This document shows, in pieces, positions 36,001 to 45,713 of a stretch of 64,000 nucleotides of DNA. The stretch spans positions 1-64,000 of IMG/VR virus record IMGVR_UViG_3300025078_000002. The stretch is one strand, 5' to 3'. The position numbers and the translations under genes are program-made. The notes beneath the pieces were generated by a model that saw nothing but the letters and a program-made list of their open reading frames with translations, was not told where the DNA came from and searched no databases. Position 1 is the first letter of the stretch; every line of letters starts with the position of its first letter. This stretch comes from a virus. Taxonomy: Duplodnaviria; Caudoviricetes.

Positions 36001-38916
36001 ATAAAGCAAGGCAGGATTACTGAAGGTTTGGGCGACTTGATGCGTAAAGCTGGTAGAGCTATTAAGTCAGGTTTGGCAAATGTCACAGCAATGGCACCAA
36101 TATTGGCACCAGTTGCTACTGCTTGTTATTATGCTTTACAGACTACTGTTGGTGCAACAATTTTTCCTTACATTATGGCCGGATTTGGTGCCTGGAACAT
36201 ATTCTCAGCTATTCGTGATGTGAAGAAGTTTGAAGAAGAAAAAGCAAAGTATAGAGATAATCCTCTTAAATACATTGAAGATTCTATCTTTAAAGACAAA
36301 AAAGCAAGAAAAACTATTGCTGATATTGTTAGTCATTTAACTGCAGATGTTGTTGCTTCTCGCATTAATCCTGCATATCAAGTTAAACGACAAAATTCAG
36401 GTGCAGGAATAGTTGCAGGAACTTCTGTTTGGTCAAAGAAACTTGATGAACAGTTAGAAGAATATAGCAAACTTTCAAAAGAAGACAAAGCGAAAGCTAA
36501 AATATTTAATGATAGAATGATTAATCAAGTCAAACAAACAAGATATGCAAAGCTTGGTGTTATTTCTGAAGGCGTTGTTAACGAAATATTCAACGAAGTA
36601 ATGTTTGGTAGTAAAAGAATCAGCCCAGAAGTTAGGCAAAAATTGTTTGCAGACAATATTGCTGAAGATGAAGAAGCATTGCGACAGTTGGCAAAATCTT
36701 TACACACAGCTATCGCTTATTCTTCAGTTAAGAACAACTTTTTAAAATTTTTAGAGAACAGAATTAGAGACGCTTCAGCTAGCTTTAGTAAAGATAGTCA
36801 AAGATTTGCTGTTGAACTTAGAGATGATCAACTAGATAAGAATACAAAAGGAAGGCTTGGAGACGTAGATAAGTTTGAAGAGTATAGAAAGCCTTTTAGA
36901 GCGATACAAAGAAATCAACAATTATTTATTTCTCCAGAACAAATTACTGAAGATTTTATTGGTAAGCTTCTTGTTGAGTTAACTGGGATGGAGCAGAAAG
37001 AATACAACTCTTTGCTCGCTAAAGCGCCTACACAATTTAATGAAAACTATATTGGAGGTTCTCTAGCAAGATTATTATTTGAAGAAACTACTGCTGAAGA
37101 AGAAAACAAAGCAGATCAAGATAAGCTTGAAGACGAAAGAAGAGAAGCTAACAAGCAAAGCAATTTGACTATGCCTGAAGCTGCAGGTCTTGGCGGAATA
37201 AACTGGGCAGGCTCTTTATATCAAACATTTTATGTTGACACATTAATTAATGGATCTAAATCAATATTTAAGAGTGGATTTAAAGTAGGAACTAAAAAAG
37301 TTTCTTCAGTTAATGTTACAGACTCGTTCTGTAATACACCACTTGATGCAAATGCTTTGAACCAAATGGGATTTGATCCAGGTCATGCATTGATTCAAGG
37401 AGTTAATCCATATGGAGGAGATGTAGAAAGAATATTCTTTTACTACTTCGATGGTGCTGAAGGTGCTGATAAGCTTTCTGGAATATTAATAAAAGCAGAT
37501 GGTTCTTGTCTAGAACTAGGTCATGGAAAAAGTCTTTTTGGTTGGTTTACAAAAAATGCAGCCTGGGCAAAGAAATTTGGTGTTGCAGTTGATGCCAAAA
37601 AAGGAACGGCTACAGCTATTGGAAGCGGCAAGTCTTTAGCAGCAAGTAGCGCTCAAATGAAAGCAGACATTGTAAGTATGAAGACTCACCTTATCGGTTC
37701 ATACAAAGCACAAGTAACAGCTGCACAAATGAAAACGACTTCTTACATGTTAGATCAAGAAATAGCTAAAGTAGCTGATTTGCTTGATAATCAAGGACAC
37801 GTTACACCCGATACATTTTCAAATATTTATAAATCTATTTATCGAGTCTGGAAACAACAATATGAAGCAGGTGGGCCTGATGCTATGCCAAATGAATATA
37901 TCCCATCAGATCATATGCAATCTATATTAAATACATTTAATGAAAAAATAGACGCTATTGCAGCGAGTGGAGAAAAAGGATATGACGCTGTTAAAACAGC
38001 AATAGAAAATTTTGTTAATGATCCTAACATTGCAGAAAAGATGAAAGCATTTGAAGCTGCAAAAGAAAATTGGCAATTAAACTTTGACACAGACTTTGAC
38101 GTAGGTATAATCTCAGATCAAACTGAGGCAGCAGAGCAAGCTATGGAAGCAGCTAATAGTGCTTTATCAAAAGCAATAACTGCTAGCGCTGAAAAAAATG
38201 TTGCTAAGTTAAGTGTAAGTGAAATAAAAACTTTAACAAAAATTGTAACCTTGAAAGCGACAGGTTCGACTGCACAAGCTGGATTTAATCCTATTTTGGA
38301 TGTTTCTGTTCAGTCAGTTAATAAGACTGTTAGTTTTCTCCAGAAAATGAGTCCTATTAAAATAGGAGATACCTCAACATTAGAAAAAATTGCTACAATT
38401 GCTCTTAAGTCTGATGCAGCTGTTATTGCGGCGTCTAAAGTTATTGGGCCAGTTGGACTTTTAGGCAAAGTTTGCGCCAAGTTCTTTAAAAGAGGTATTA
38501 AAGGAGGTACTTTTGCAGAACAATTCTACAAGGTATTTAAGCCTCAGCAGTTAGTCTACTCTGACATGTTATATGCAATTTGTGGTTTTGAAAGCCCAGG
38601 CAGATCAAAAGATGATGCTGTTGGTTCAAACGGTGGAATGGAGTCAACAATTATGAATCCTGGAGATCAAAATCTTGAATTACCTACAATTAAGATAACA
38701 GACACGCCAGAAGAATTAAGTCGTGAATCTGTAACAGAATCTAAAGTTAAAGAAAACAGTTTGGTTTGTGCAACTGATTTAAGTAGCTATTTATTTGAGA
38801 ATAAATTAGTTACAAAGTCTAGAAAAAGTTCTAAAATAAGTAACAATAACGTTTCTTACAGCGAAGAGATTAACGAACATAATGAACTTAAAGATTTATT
38901 TAAAAAATTATTTTAA
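33016..38916 (+). CDS. Very large (1966 aa) probable virion internal/ejection protein
   Basis: GAGGTG RBS; leader; many internal [LI]xE sites; acidic linkers; a hydrophobic segment; Ala-rich helical C-terminus. Confidence 0.75.
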   Translation: MDSSKISLKEGFDFLFENEDKSKKYEIVWKKDSVEPKNIKDCVAYILTTDIVVTAIKNEDEPLILKLLRDPGISKDIDYAQGKTISFSILKNKVKSFNGFKTFYNINNDNVKNISVFNSIGQVYVQSVNKLVDSGATRMMLEAKQNVLKIDKARYLQMFRTFKSQNLIPKQKNQVKINFTKIFESISSRIENEGLLKTSSKEGKYEKDEKYTELSDHEKVYEASVYFFKKLSTDQKRGFGGKKKIEDFLNLLSSRKESSVADLVRQFKDSWNLTSKSVSKYIEKQFDEMINSILTSESKEEVKVNIEKIAEDLPEDDITLLSPSEFDELLGQDTDTQPEDKEYDISVLLDGLATLVKSFEQETVGCIKLAKVWLSAVKKEDWKDNLLPTLEKMVTKSLTLKLSYDSIKNVDNKLLRLIEDEGGEEEKGKIQKLSDRLERRNTEFKSATDEILKSLESLKDQDIEIDIKSSQIDQGLTTIYSLDNDEAAALKALGADIEDGADSSEAKDDLYKTFVPQGLDVRLDGDKLSPDAGPDTINREIGDTVNDRGDSPEEDAFAEKLGAADEEEIDASEIFQIQTELEEPSDEDNFMQSFGVITSFLYERYPGMQSEIESSLVGEKSITDLKVLLVTFSDRVNKEIVLQSTDSFDETADTNSIKILNKSIKNLSAFGEKNIDGIIFESAAAQKYKIKLSKEGFLKSVKVFIKNAKIFRYQKDIFEFPTSFILNFQYEKINSSTGNSVATGLKQFLTTTGDTTIKAQSTAENKLTLSSDTFPENLVVVDYDDLNTINLTLNDSNKTSIDDTQIDGYTLVKFLDQVKMETPTVIQDISDKMDTLKAASVDELSKDIANKDLDEDTAKEAVSQIVEPEQDLDQKKVESVNSIQELLDDKVIKKMSDTLYRDGSELINVISSTSALDFAAMKSGDEQATINFKSSLAVQLNPNINLLKPMINDIFKGELTPVFDSLFLGREKFNEEKFKAAYSQLILSSFDKLVDIKQGRITEGLGDLMRKAGRAIKSGLANVTAMAPILAPVATACYYALQTTVGATIFPYIMAGFGAWNIFSAIRDVKKFEEEKAKYRDNPLKYIEDSIFKDKKARKTIADIVSHLTADVVASRINPAYQVKRQNSGAGIVAGTSVWSKKLDEQLEEYSKLSKEDKAKAKIFNDRMINQVKQTRYAKLGVISEGVVNEIFNEVMFGSKRISPEVRQKLFADNIAEDEEALRQLAKSLHTAIAYSSVKNNFLKFLENRIRDASASFSKDSQRFAVELRDDQLDKNTKGRLGDVDKFEEYRKPFRAIQRNQQLFISPEQITEDFIGKLLVELTGMEQKEYNSLLAKAPTQFNENYIGGSLARLLFEETTAEEENKADQDKLEDERREANKQSNLTMPEAAGLGGINWAGSLYQTFYVDTLINGSKSIFKSGFKVGTKKVSSVNVTDSFCNTPLDANALNQMGFDPGHALIQGVNPYGGDVERIFFYYFDGAEGADKLSGILIKADGSCLELGHGKSLFGWFTKNAAWAKKFGVAVDAKKGTATAIGSGKSLAASSAQMKADIVSMKTHLIGSYKAQVTAAQMKTTSYMLDQEIAKVADLLDNQGHVTPDTFSNIYKSIYRVWKQQYEAGGPDAMPNEYIPSDHMQSILNTFNEKIDAIAASGEKGYDAVKTAIENFVNDPNIAEKMKAFEAAKENWQLNFDTDFDVGIISDQTEAAEQAMEAANSALSKAITASAEKNVAKLSVSEIKTLTKIVTLKATGSTAQAGFNPILDVSVQSVNKTVSFLQKMSPIKIGDTSTLEKIATIALKSDAAVIAASKVIGPVGLLGKVCAKFFKRGIKGGTFAEQFYKVFKPQQLVYSDMLYAICGFESPGRSKDDAVGSNGGMESTIMNPGDQNLELPTIKITDTPEELSRESVTESKVKENSLVCATDLSSYLFENKLVTKSRKSSKISNNNVSYSEEINEHNELKDLFKKLF

Positions 38917-38930
38917 TTAAGCGAAAAAAA

Positions 38931-39356
38931 ATGAACAAAAAACAACTTATAAATTTATTAAAAGAAGAATATGACAAGCGTTTAGACGATTTTTCTAATT
39001 TGGAAGAAGTTACTGTTGAGTATGAAGGTCACGTGATTTTGGGTGCAGAATTAAAGCTCAAGTCTGTTAATGGTGATTTATATACAGTAGTTGATGGTGA
39101 AGTTATTCTTAATGATGCAGGCAAAAAATGTTTAAAGCTAAAAAGAGAGCAGGATAATGTTTTAAAAAGTGAAAACGTTAATGAGTCTGAGGAAAATCCT
39201 AGAACCGGCGCTGCTATACATAAGAGGACTAATAAAGACAAAGTTTCTGTTAAGATAGATGTTGATTCATCTATAGATACTTTAGAAGATACTGAGTTAG
39301 GTGATGGAATATTCTTAGTTCCGTTTGAAGACCTTAAGACAATGTTTACACTTTAA
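38931..39356 (+). CDS. Hypothetical protein with LLKEE leader
   Basis: Co-linear ORF. Confidence 0.7.
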   Translation: MNKKQLINLLKEEYDKRLDDFSNLEEVTVEYEGHVILGAELKLKSVNGDLYTVVDGEVILNDAGKKCLKLKREQDNVLKSENVNESEENPRTGAAIHKRTNKDKVSVKIDVDSSIDTLEDTELGDGIFLVPFEDLKTMFTL

Positions 39357-39368
39357 AGGAAGTATAGA

Positions 39369-40061
39369 ATGAGTGATATTAAAAAATTGATAAATGAAGC
39401 TATTGATGAAGCGTTGAATAGTAGTGATAGTAATAAAGAAGTAATTAGCGAAGCTTACGTAACTCAAGCTGTCAAGTTTAATTTAAATACAGAATTGTTA
39501 TCTTCAAAAACGAAAGCAGAGCATCAAAAATTATTAGAGGGTTATTCTAAAAAACTTAATGAGATCTCAGCAAAGTTAGATGGGTGTGATAAGAGTGGAG
39601 CAAATCTAAATCATTCAGAGTTTAGAAGTCTAAAGGTTGATGAGGCGTATAATCATAATGCAGCATTTTTGCACGGTCTTTATTTTGAAAACATAAGTGA
39701 TTTAAACAGTCAAATCAATATGAACTCTTTGTCTTATATGAAGATTACTAGAGACTTCGGCACATTTGATGCTTGGCAAGAAGACTTCGTCGCGTGTTGT
39801 CTCTCAGCTAGGAATGGATGGGCAGTAACGTTTTATAATCCATATTTGAAAAGATATATTAACACAGTTATAGATTTACACAGCAGTAACGTAATGATTG
39901 GTATGATACCTGTGATTGTTATTGATTGTTGGGAGCATAGTTACTATAGAGATTATATGACAAATAGAAAAGCTTACGTCTTCGGTATGATGAAAGAGCT
40001 TGACTGGAATGTTATTGAAGATCGCATTAAAAAGTCAGAAAAACTAAGCAAGATTTTGTAA
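39369..40061 (+). CDS. sod: Fe/Mn superoxide dismutase with N-terminal leader extension
   Basis: EHQKLLEGY, AYNHNAAFLHGLYF, FGTFDAW, NGWAV and IDCWEHSYYRDY (H, H, D, H ligands). Confidence 0.88.
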   Translation: MSDIKKLINEAIDEALNSSDSNKEVISEAYVTQAVKFNLNTELLSSKTKAEHQKLLEGYSKKLNEISAKLDGCDKSGANLNHSEFRSLKVDEAYNHNAAFLHGLYFENISDLNSQINMNSLSYMKITRDFGTFDAWQEDFVACCLSARNGWAVTFYNPYLKRYINTVIDLHSSNVMIGMIPVIVIDCWEHSYYRDYMTNRKAYVFGMMKELDWNVIEDRIKKSEKLSKIL

Positions 40062-40071
40062 AGGAAGTATT

Positions 40072-40890
40072 ATGAGTAGAGCTTACGGCAAAAAAATATA
40101 TGATGTCTTAAAGGAAAACAAGCTAAAGAGTCTTGATATTCTTCTTGAACAAGACGAAGAAGAAGATGAAGTGAAAAGTAGTGATGCGTCTGATGACAGT
40201 GATGCGTCTGATGATAGCGAGAAAATTGATAGTGTTATTGACGATGCGCTAGGCGATGAACCGTCTAAAGATTCTGAATCGTCAAGTGATGAAGAAGATA
40301 ATCAGGATGCCGGTGAAGATGATGTAGCTGAGTTAACTAAGGCAGAACTCGACCAGCGTGTAAAAGAAATTGAAAACCTCACTGACTTTATTCTAAATAA
40401 TACTACTAACCCTGAACAAGATATTGAAAATAAAATGCAGCTTGGGTTTGCTCAAGCTTCGGGAATTGGCGAAATAACAGCAGAAACTACAAATATTGTA
40501 AATTCATTTAAAACTCTGTTTACAGAAGATGCTGAAGGTTTGAGTAAACTTACAAAATCAATGGACAATTTAGACACAGCACTAAAAAATAGTTCAGAAA
40601 CGCTATCTGTTATTGAAAAAGGTGTGAATATAAATATGGATGAGTATGTTGATTTTGCAATTAATCAATATCAAAACTTTGATAGCTTATTTCCGAAATG
40701 GGAAATTGTTAAAAAAGCAGCGTTAAATGTTATTGCATCTAAGAGTGGAAAAAATGCAAAAACAAATATGGCTGAATTTGAAAAACTTTATTCAGAAAAG
40801 CTAAGTAAACTGTATGATATTGAAAGTGAGTCACATCATATTTCGTCTAATAAGTCATATGTTGCAGCAGGTGCTTTAAAACAAGGCTAA
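40072..40890 (+). CDS. Acidic hypothetical protein with VLKE/LLEQ leader (possible scaffold/core protein)
   Basis: D/E-rich N-terminal half; 18 bp tandem repeat at 40180-40215 (SDASDD x2). Confidence 0.7.
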   Translation: MSRAYGKKIYDVLKENKLKSLDILLEQDEEEDEVKSSDASDDSDASDDSEKIDSVIDDALGDEPSKDSESSSDEEDNQDAGEDDVAELTKAELDQRVKEIENLTDFILNNTTNPEQDIENKMQLGFAQASGIGEITAETTNIVNSFKTLFTEDAEGLSKLTKSMDNLDTALKNSSETLSVIEKGVNINMDEYVDFAINQYQNFDSLFPKWEIVKKAALNVIASKSGKNAKTNMAEFEKLYSEKLSKLYDIESESHHISSNKSYVAAGALKQG

Positions 40891-40896
40891 GATACT

Positions 40897-41199
40897 ATGA
40901 GTAATCAATCGTCACAAATTAATAAACAAATCAAGAAAATAATCAATAATAAAACTGTGCATATAGAATTGCCAGGAGAAGTTCATAAGAGATTAAGAGC
41001 GCAGTTATTTGTTAATGAAATTTCGATGCAACAATTTTTTAAACTGGTATCAGAGAAGATTGTTGAAGGTGACAATTATCTTTTAAGTCTAGTTGAAGAT
41101 CGTGTTAATCTAATAAAAGAAAATAAAATTAATAAATTAAAAGAGATTAATCCGAAAGATTTATATGATGTTATTGAAAAAAATTCACCACTTAGTTAA
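40897..41199 (+). CDS. Possible ribbon-helix-helix DNA-binding protein
   Basis: KTVHIELPGEVHKRLRAQLFVNEISMQQFF fits the strand-helix-helix pattern. Confidence 0.55.
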   Translation: MSNQSSQINKQIKKIINNKTVHIELPGEVHKRLRAQLFVNEISMQQFFKLVSEKIVEGDNYLLSLVEDRVNLIKENKINKLKEINPKDLYDVIEKNSPLS

Positions 41200-41485
41200 T
41201 AATAATATTAACGAAACAATTAAATTTATTAAAGATATAAAAGAAATAAAAAATAAAATCAAGTCTCTAGAAGAAGAAATAAAAGAAAAAGACGATCAGA
41301 TATTAGAACTTGAAAAAAACAGTATAAAAAATACTAAAAATATAAATGTTTTATCTAATGATATTATTATATTATCAAATTTTGCTAAAGAATTGTGGGT
41401 TTTATGGGAAGATTTAGATTTAGACGAATTTGATCTTTTTGATTTAAAGGTAAAGAAAGAAAAGAAAAAGAATAATTATCATTAA
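41165..41485 (+). CDS. Coiled-coil hypothetical protein
   Basis: Heptad pattern IKNKIKSLEEEIKEKDDQILELEK. Confidence 0.55.
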   Translation: MMLLKKIHHLVNNNINETIKFIKDIKEIKNKIKSLEEEIKEKDDQILELEKNSIKNTKNINVLSNDIIILSNFAKELWVLWEDLDLDEFDLFDLKVKKEKKKNNYH

Positions 41486-41507
41486 ATAGCATACAGGATT
41501 TTTATTT

Positions 41508-41879
41508 ATGAAAATTAACAAAAAAGTTAAAGACAAAATTCAAGAACTTTTATTTGAGTTTCGTTTAGGCACAGAAGATATGGCTCCGGGTAATCATATA
41601 AAATACGGTATGTACGACAGACCTGGTCCAGATACTCCTGGAAGTGCTGAAATGACTGGTTTTTCTAAAGAGTCTGAAGTGGATATAATTAAACCTAGCG
41701 AAATAAGTCCTGTACAGTTGCATTCAGTCAAACAAAATATTGACAAGATACCTGGTAATGTGATTGAGTTAAAAAATACAATAAACCATATTTTGTCTAA
41801 AATAGGTAATAATGAAATGTCACAGGCAGATATAGTCAAAATATACGATACACTTTTAGACGTAGTTGGTGAGGATTAA
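41508..41879 (+). CDS. Hypothetical protein with LLFE leader
   Basis: CAGGA RBS; co-linear. Confidence 0.65.
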   Translation: MKINKKVKDKIQELLFEFRLGTEDMAPGNHIKYGMYDRPGPDTPGSAEMTGFSKESEVDIIKPSEISPVQLHSVKQNIDKIPGNVIELKNTINHILSKIGNNEMSQADIVKIYDTLLDVVGED

Positions 41880-41884
41880 AAAGA

Positions 41885-44800
41885 ATGAAATTAAAAGAAA
41901 AATCTTATAATGTTAAAAAATTATTAGAATATAAAAGCAATAGTTATAAAAGGAAGTACTTTATACTTTCTAATTTGTTCGATACTGACGTTTCAAACTC
42001 TGAACGTTTGAACGAGGAGCTAGATTGTTATGTAAATTCTTTAAACTATTCAAATGGCACTTATCCTGATGAAACTGATTTGCTTAACTTCTTCAAGGAA
42101 TGTCTACAATTCTCTAACAACAAAGACAGTCTAGTAGAGTCAAAAATTAAATTTATTAAAAAGTACAATGATTTAAGAAATCCTTCTAATAAAAAAGACA
42201 TTGATTCTTTAATAAATGAATCTCTTGATAATATTAATTTTTCTAATAAAAGTATTGATAAAAAACTTTGTAATTTATTAAAAGAAAGTATTAAACATAA
42301 AAAGTCTATTCTTATTGAGTCTGAATATGCGTCGAAGTTTATAGGCGAAAACGAAGAAGAAATGCCGTCAGATGAAGATTTGCAGAGTATTGAGCTTAAA
42401 GACTTAGAAGATGAGACGCAAGATCAAGACGAAGCAACAGATGAAAACAAGGCAGCAGCCTTTAAAGAAAAAATAATCAACATATTTGGACCAATCACAG
42501 GTGGGCTTGATCCTGCAAAAATGAACAAACAAAAAATGGCTAGAATATGGAATTTTGGTAGTCAAGAAATGTATAAGCCGGGGCAAAAAGGTCCTGTAAG
42601 GGATGCATTTACAGAATTCGAATTTTTCGTTGGAAAGAAACTTGATACGTTTACAAGATTCGAAGACAGCGGTTTATCGACTTTAGCGCAACGTAAAGTT
42701 TGGATAGCAACAACTATTGATTTTTGTTTAAAGATGCAGAAACAAGCAGGATATCTTTTAGGGGTTTCTAGTGAAGAAAAAGCGAGGTTGTCAAAGGGAC
42801 TAGATTCGTCAGCCAAAAGCGACATAAAGAAAGCTTTACAAAGCCAAACAGGAAGTCAAGGTTTTGGAAAGTCCCTCTCAGATGAGGAAATACGAAGTGT
42901 ATATAACGACTTACACGAATATCTTGTTAGAGGAAACTATGATCCAGAGAGTTCAACAATAACTGAAAAGGGGTTGTTTAAGATTTTAGCAAGAGCTTCA
43001 GCAGGAAGAAGTGACAGTATTTCTGACTTTAAGCGAACGCTAGAGTTTATGTACCCATTATCAGACACAAGAGCAGAATTTGATAAAGTTGAAAAGATGA
43101 GTGCTGAAGAGCTTCAAAAGTTAAGACAACAAAATATTGAATTTGATAAAAGATTTGAAGATGACGATGACGTTGAGTTAGATATAGAAGAAAAAATAGA
43201 AGTCGATATTATTGATGTTGACAAGGTAACAAGCGTTAACAATTCCCCAGAAACTATGACAGCTAGCGATGCTGTGGAATTTTTCAAAGAAGTCGCTGAA
43301 GATATGAAAAGGTTAAAGTCCTTGATTGAAAAGTCAACAGGAAAAGCTAACCCTGATATATTTAGCGAATTCCAGACAGATTCAAAAGGCAACATACTGC
43401 CTGATATTAAACAAATACCTGACGTTATACCTGCAGAAGATCTCACTGATTCTGAAGTAAAAGAAATAGAAGATATTCTTATTAAACTTGATAAAAAAGA
43501 AAGAATAACTATTCTTAATTACGACAAAAGAGGTGATGTATATAATGATTTAATAGACAAATCAGTATCAGTTGATGAATATCTTTCATATATGAAAAGC
43601 TTCAAGCTGGATTCTGTTGATGAGCCTATGAAGTGGAGAGATATTTCAAGATCTTCTTACGGAAAGTTTAGAGACACAGCAGGTGCTAGACAATATGGAG
43701 TTAAAGCGTGGATGAAAGAACTATTCTATTCTAGCAACTCAGATGAAAAAGCAAATATTTATGCTAATCTTGCAGAGCGATGGTTTGAAAGATTAATAGT
43801 TCTTGATCTTGTAGATGACAAATCTTTTACAAGGATGACTAGCAAAACAGGAAATAATAAGGATGAAAAGATAATTCCTTATAATGTACTGAAAGATTTG
43901 GAAGATAAAGGTAAGTATAAACGTTCTAACAAATTAAAAGACGTGTCAGATATGCTTGAAATTGTAAATGCATATACAACTAATCCTAAGTATGTCAAGA
44001 GGTATTTTGATTATAATAGAGACGATAATCTTGAACTCGCTGTTAACGAAAAGTTGCAGAGTATTAGGAACTATGCTTCTTCAGAAGATGAGTATGATGT
44101 ATTATTAAAGAAGTTAGAACTAGAGGATAAAGACACAGCAGCATATGCTATTTTAGATTCAATGTTTAATGGTAACTCTGGGTTTAGAATATTTGCAACA
44201 GGTTTACTAAAAGAATATTATTCGCAAAACATTTGGCCTGTTATTGAAATTAACTTGGCACAAGCTATCAAAAAGTATTTTGATAAAAACTATGGTAAGG
44301 GAATGATTGCCGCAAGCCTTCCAGCTGGCGAGGGTGCTGATAGTGTTAAGCAAGAAGAAGGGAAAGTTCTATTTAACAAGATAATTTATCTTGTAATGGA
44401 AAGAACTGGTATTAAATCAACTGGAACTGGCGTGCCTATAGTAGGCGGCAGTAGAGAGCAACAAAGACAATTCTTTTTAGGGAAATCTGATCCAAGAGGA
44501 GACTTTGCTTCAGCAGTTAATAAGTACAAAGCCAAGCATAGTTCAAACATTCAAGGTGTAAACAGTCCTATGTTTGGAGTAGACGACGTTAATATGTTGT
44601 TAGATGATATGTTTAGTAACACAGGTATTATTGGCGAAGAGTATTTTAAGCTTAAAAAGTTATCAAGCGTGACTTCAAACGAAATTATCTCTTGGGTATT
44701 AAGTTATCCAGAGGCAAAGCTTGACCAGGCAATTATTTTAGGAATGAGTTTGAGTGATTTCTACAAAAGGTCAGAAACAGATCCTATGATAACTGATGTT

Positions 44801-44974
44801 ATTGAAGAAATAGGTAAAGACACCAAAAAAGCTTTAGCTGATTATAAAAAGAAATTTGGAAGTTTACTAGCAAAAGGAACAGACTTAGCTGATTATTTAG
44901 ATGATTTTGGCTTCGACCCTGTTGATTTGAATTCAAAAGGTGCAAGTAGCCCCGGTGGAAAGAGTTTCCAATAA
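41885..44974 (+). CDS. Large (1029 aa) hypothetical protein with multiple [LI]xE sites
   Basis: KLLE, RLNE, LVE, LINE, LLKE and ILIE within the first 150 aa. Confidence 0.75.
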   Translation: MKLKEKSYNVKKLLEYKSNSYKRKYFILSNLFDTDVSNSERLNEELDCYVNSLNYSNGTYPDETDLLNFFKECLQFSNNKDSLVESKIKFIKKYNDLRNPSNKKDIDSLINESLDNINFSNKSIDKKLCNLLKESIKHKKSILIESEYASKFIGENEEEMPSDEDLQSIELKDLEDETQDQDEATDENKAAAFKEKIINIFGPITGGLDPAKMNKQKMARIWNFGSQEMYKPGQKGPVRDAFTEFEFFVGKKLDTFTRFEDSGLSTLAQRKVWIATTIDFCLKMQKQAGYLLGVSSEEKARLSKGLDSSAKSDIKKALQSQTGSQGFGKSLSDEEIRSVYNDLHEYLVRGNYDPESSTITEKGLFKILARASAGRSDSISDFKRTLEFMYPLSDTRAEFDKVEKMSAEELQKLRQQNIEFDKRFEDDDDVELDIEEKIEVDIIDVDKVTSVNNSPETMTASDAVEFFKEVAEDMKRLKSLIEKSTGKANPDIFSEFQTDSKGNILPDIKQIPDVIPAEDLTDSEVKEIEDILIKLDKKERITILNYDKRGDVYNDLIDKSVSVDEYLSYMKSFKLDSVDEPMKWRDISRSSYGKFRDTAGARQYGVKAWMKELFYSSNSDEKANIYANLAERWFERLIVLDLVDDKSFTRMTSKTGNNKDEKIIPYNVLKDLEDKGKYKRSNKLKDVSDMLEIVNAYTTNPKYVKRYFDYNRDDNLELAVNEKLQSIRNYASSEDEYDVLLKKLELEDKDTAAYAILDSMFNGNSGFRIFATGLLKEYYSQNIWPVIEINLAQAIKKYFDKNYGKGMIAASLPAGEGADSVKQEEGKVLFNKIIYLVMERTGIKSTGTGVPIVGGSREQQRQFFLGKSDPRGDFASAVNKYKAKHSSNIQGVNSPMFGVDDVNMLLDDMFSNTGIIGEEYFKLKKLSSVTSNEIISWVLSYPEAKLDQAIILGMSLSDFYKRSETDPMITDVIEEIGKDTKKALADYKKKFGSLLAKGTDLADYLDDFGFDPVDLNSKGASSPGGKSFQ

Positions 44975-44983
44975 GGATATAAA

Positions 44984-45340
44984 ATGTATTTACAGAATAT
45001 TATGTCAAATTACTTAAATGAGAATACAAATAAGTTTGAGGTAGAAGATGCCTTTAAGCCTATAAAAAATGTCAAAAAAGATACGTGGGAAAGTGTTGAC
45101 AACAATTTAAAGAAAGTTTATAAATTTGAAAAAACAAAACATCTAGAACAATTTGTTGTTCAATTAATAAAATATAACAGGGAGACATCTGCTGAAATTG
45201 AAATCAGATTTAGAAAAAATACTGTTGGAGTTATATTACATTCTTTGTCTGGGCAAGTTTCTGAAATAGAGTTAGAAGCTTCTAAGGATATTGATAAAAT
45301 TAAAAAAGATGTAATGTATTATTATGCAGACAAAGAATAA
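44984..45340 (+). CDS. Pterin-4a-carbinolamine dehydratase (PCD/DCoH)-fold protein lacking the His motif
   Basis: WESVDNNLKKVYKF...LEQFV...VGVILHS...ELEASKDID. Alternative start at 45002 (MSNYLNE). Confidence 0.6.
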   Translation: MYLQNIMSNYLNENTNKFEVEDAFKPIKNVKKDTWESVDNNLKKVYKFEKTKHLEQFVVQLIKYNRETSAEIEIRFRKNTVGVILHSLSGQVSEIELEASKDIDKIKKDVMYYYADKE

Positions 45341-45713
45341 ATTAGATACTGAGCTAGAAAAAAACAAAAACAATATTTTCATGAGTGAAAGTATCAAAGG
45401 TATTGTAAATCTTGATAAAGACATTGTGTCAAAAAATAATTCTCTAACTATTTCATTTTCTGATATTTGTTGTTATCCTGTTTTGTCTTACAAGAAAGCA
45501 GATGACAAGTTTACTATATATACTCAGATAGATGGAAAATGTTTAAACAGCGTTATTCTGGAGACATTTAAAACAATAACACTTAATATAGAAGGAATAG
45601 AAGTAAAATCATTTGCTTTAGAAAACTATTTGTTAACCTACAAAATTATTTATAACGAAAATAATAGTTATTTATTAAAGATAAAAGTACGGAGAAAAGA
45701 TAATGGAATTTGA
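45324..45713 (+). CDS. Hypothetical protein
   Basis: Overlap-coupled co-linear ORF. Confidence 0.55.
   Translation: MQTKNKLDTELEKNKNNIFMSESIKGIVNLDKDIVSKNNSLTISFSDICCYPVLSYKKADDKFTIYTQIDGKCLNSVILETFKTITLNIEGIEVKSFALENYLLTYKIIYNENNSYLLKIKVRRKDNGI

Noticed and set aside
40180-40215. 18 bp tandem repeat
   Set aside because: Simple in-frame SDASDD duplication in a low-complexity acidic linker; not CRISPR-like.
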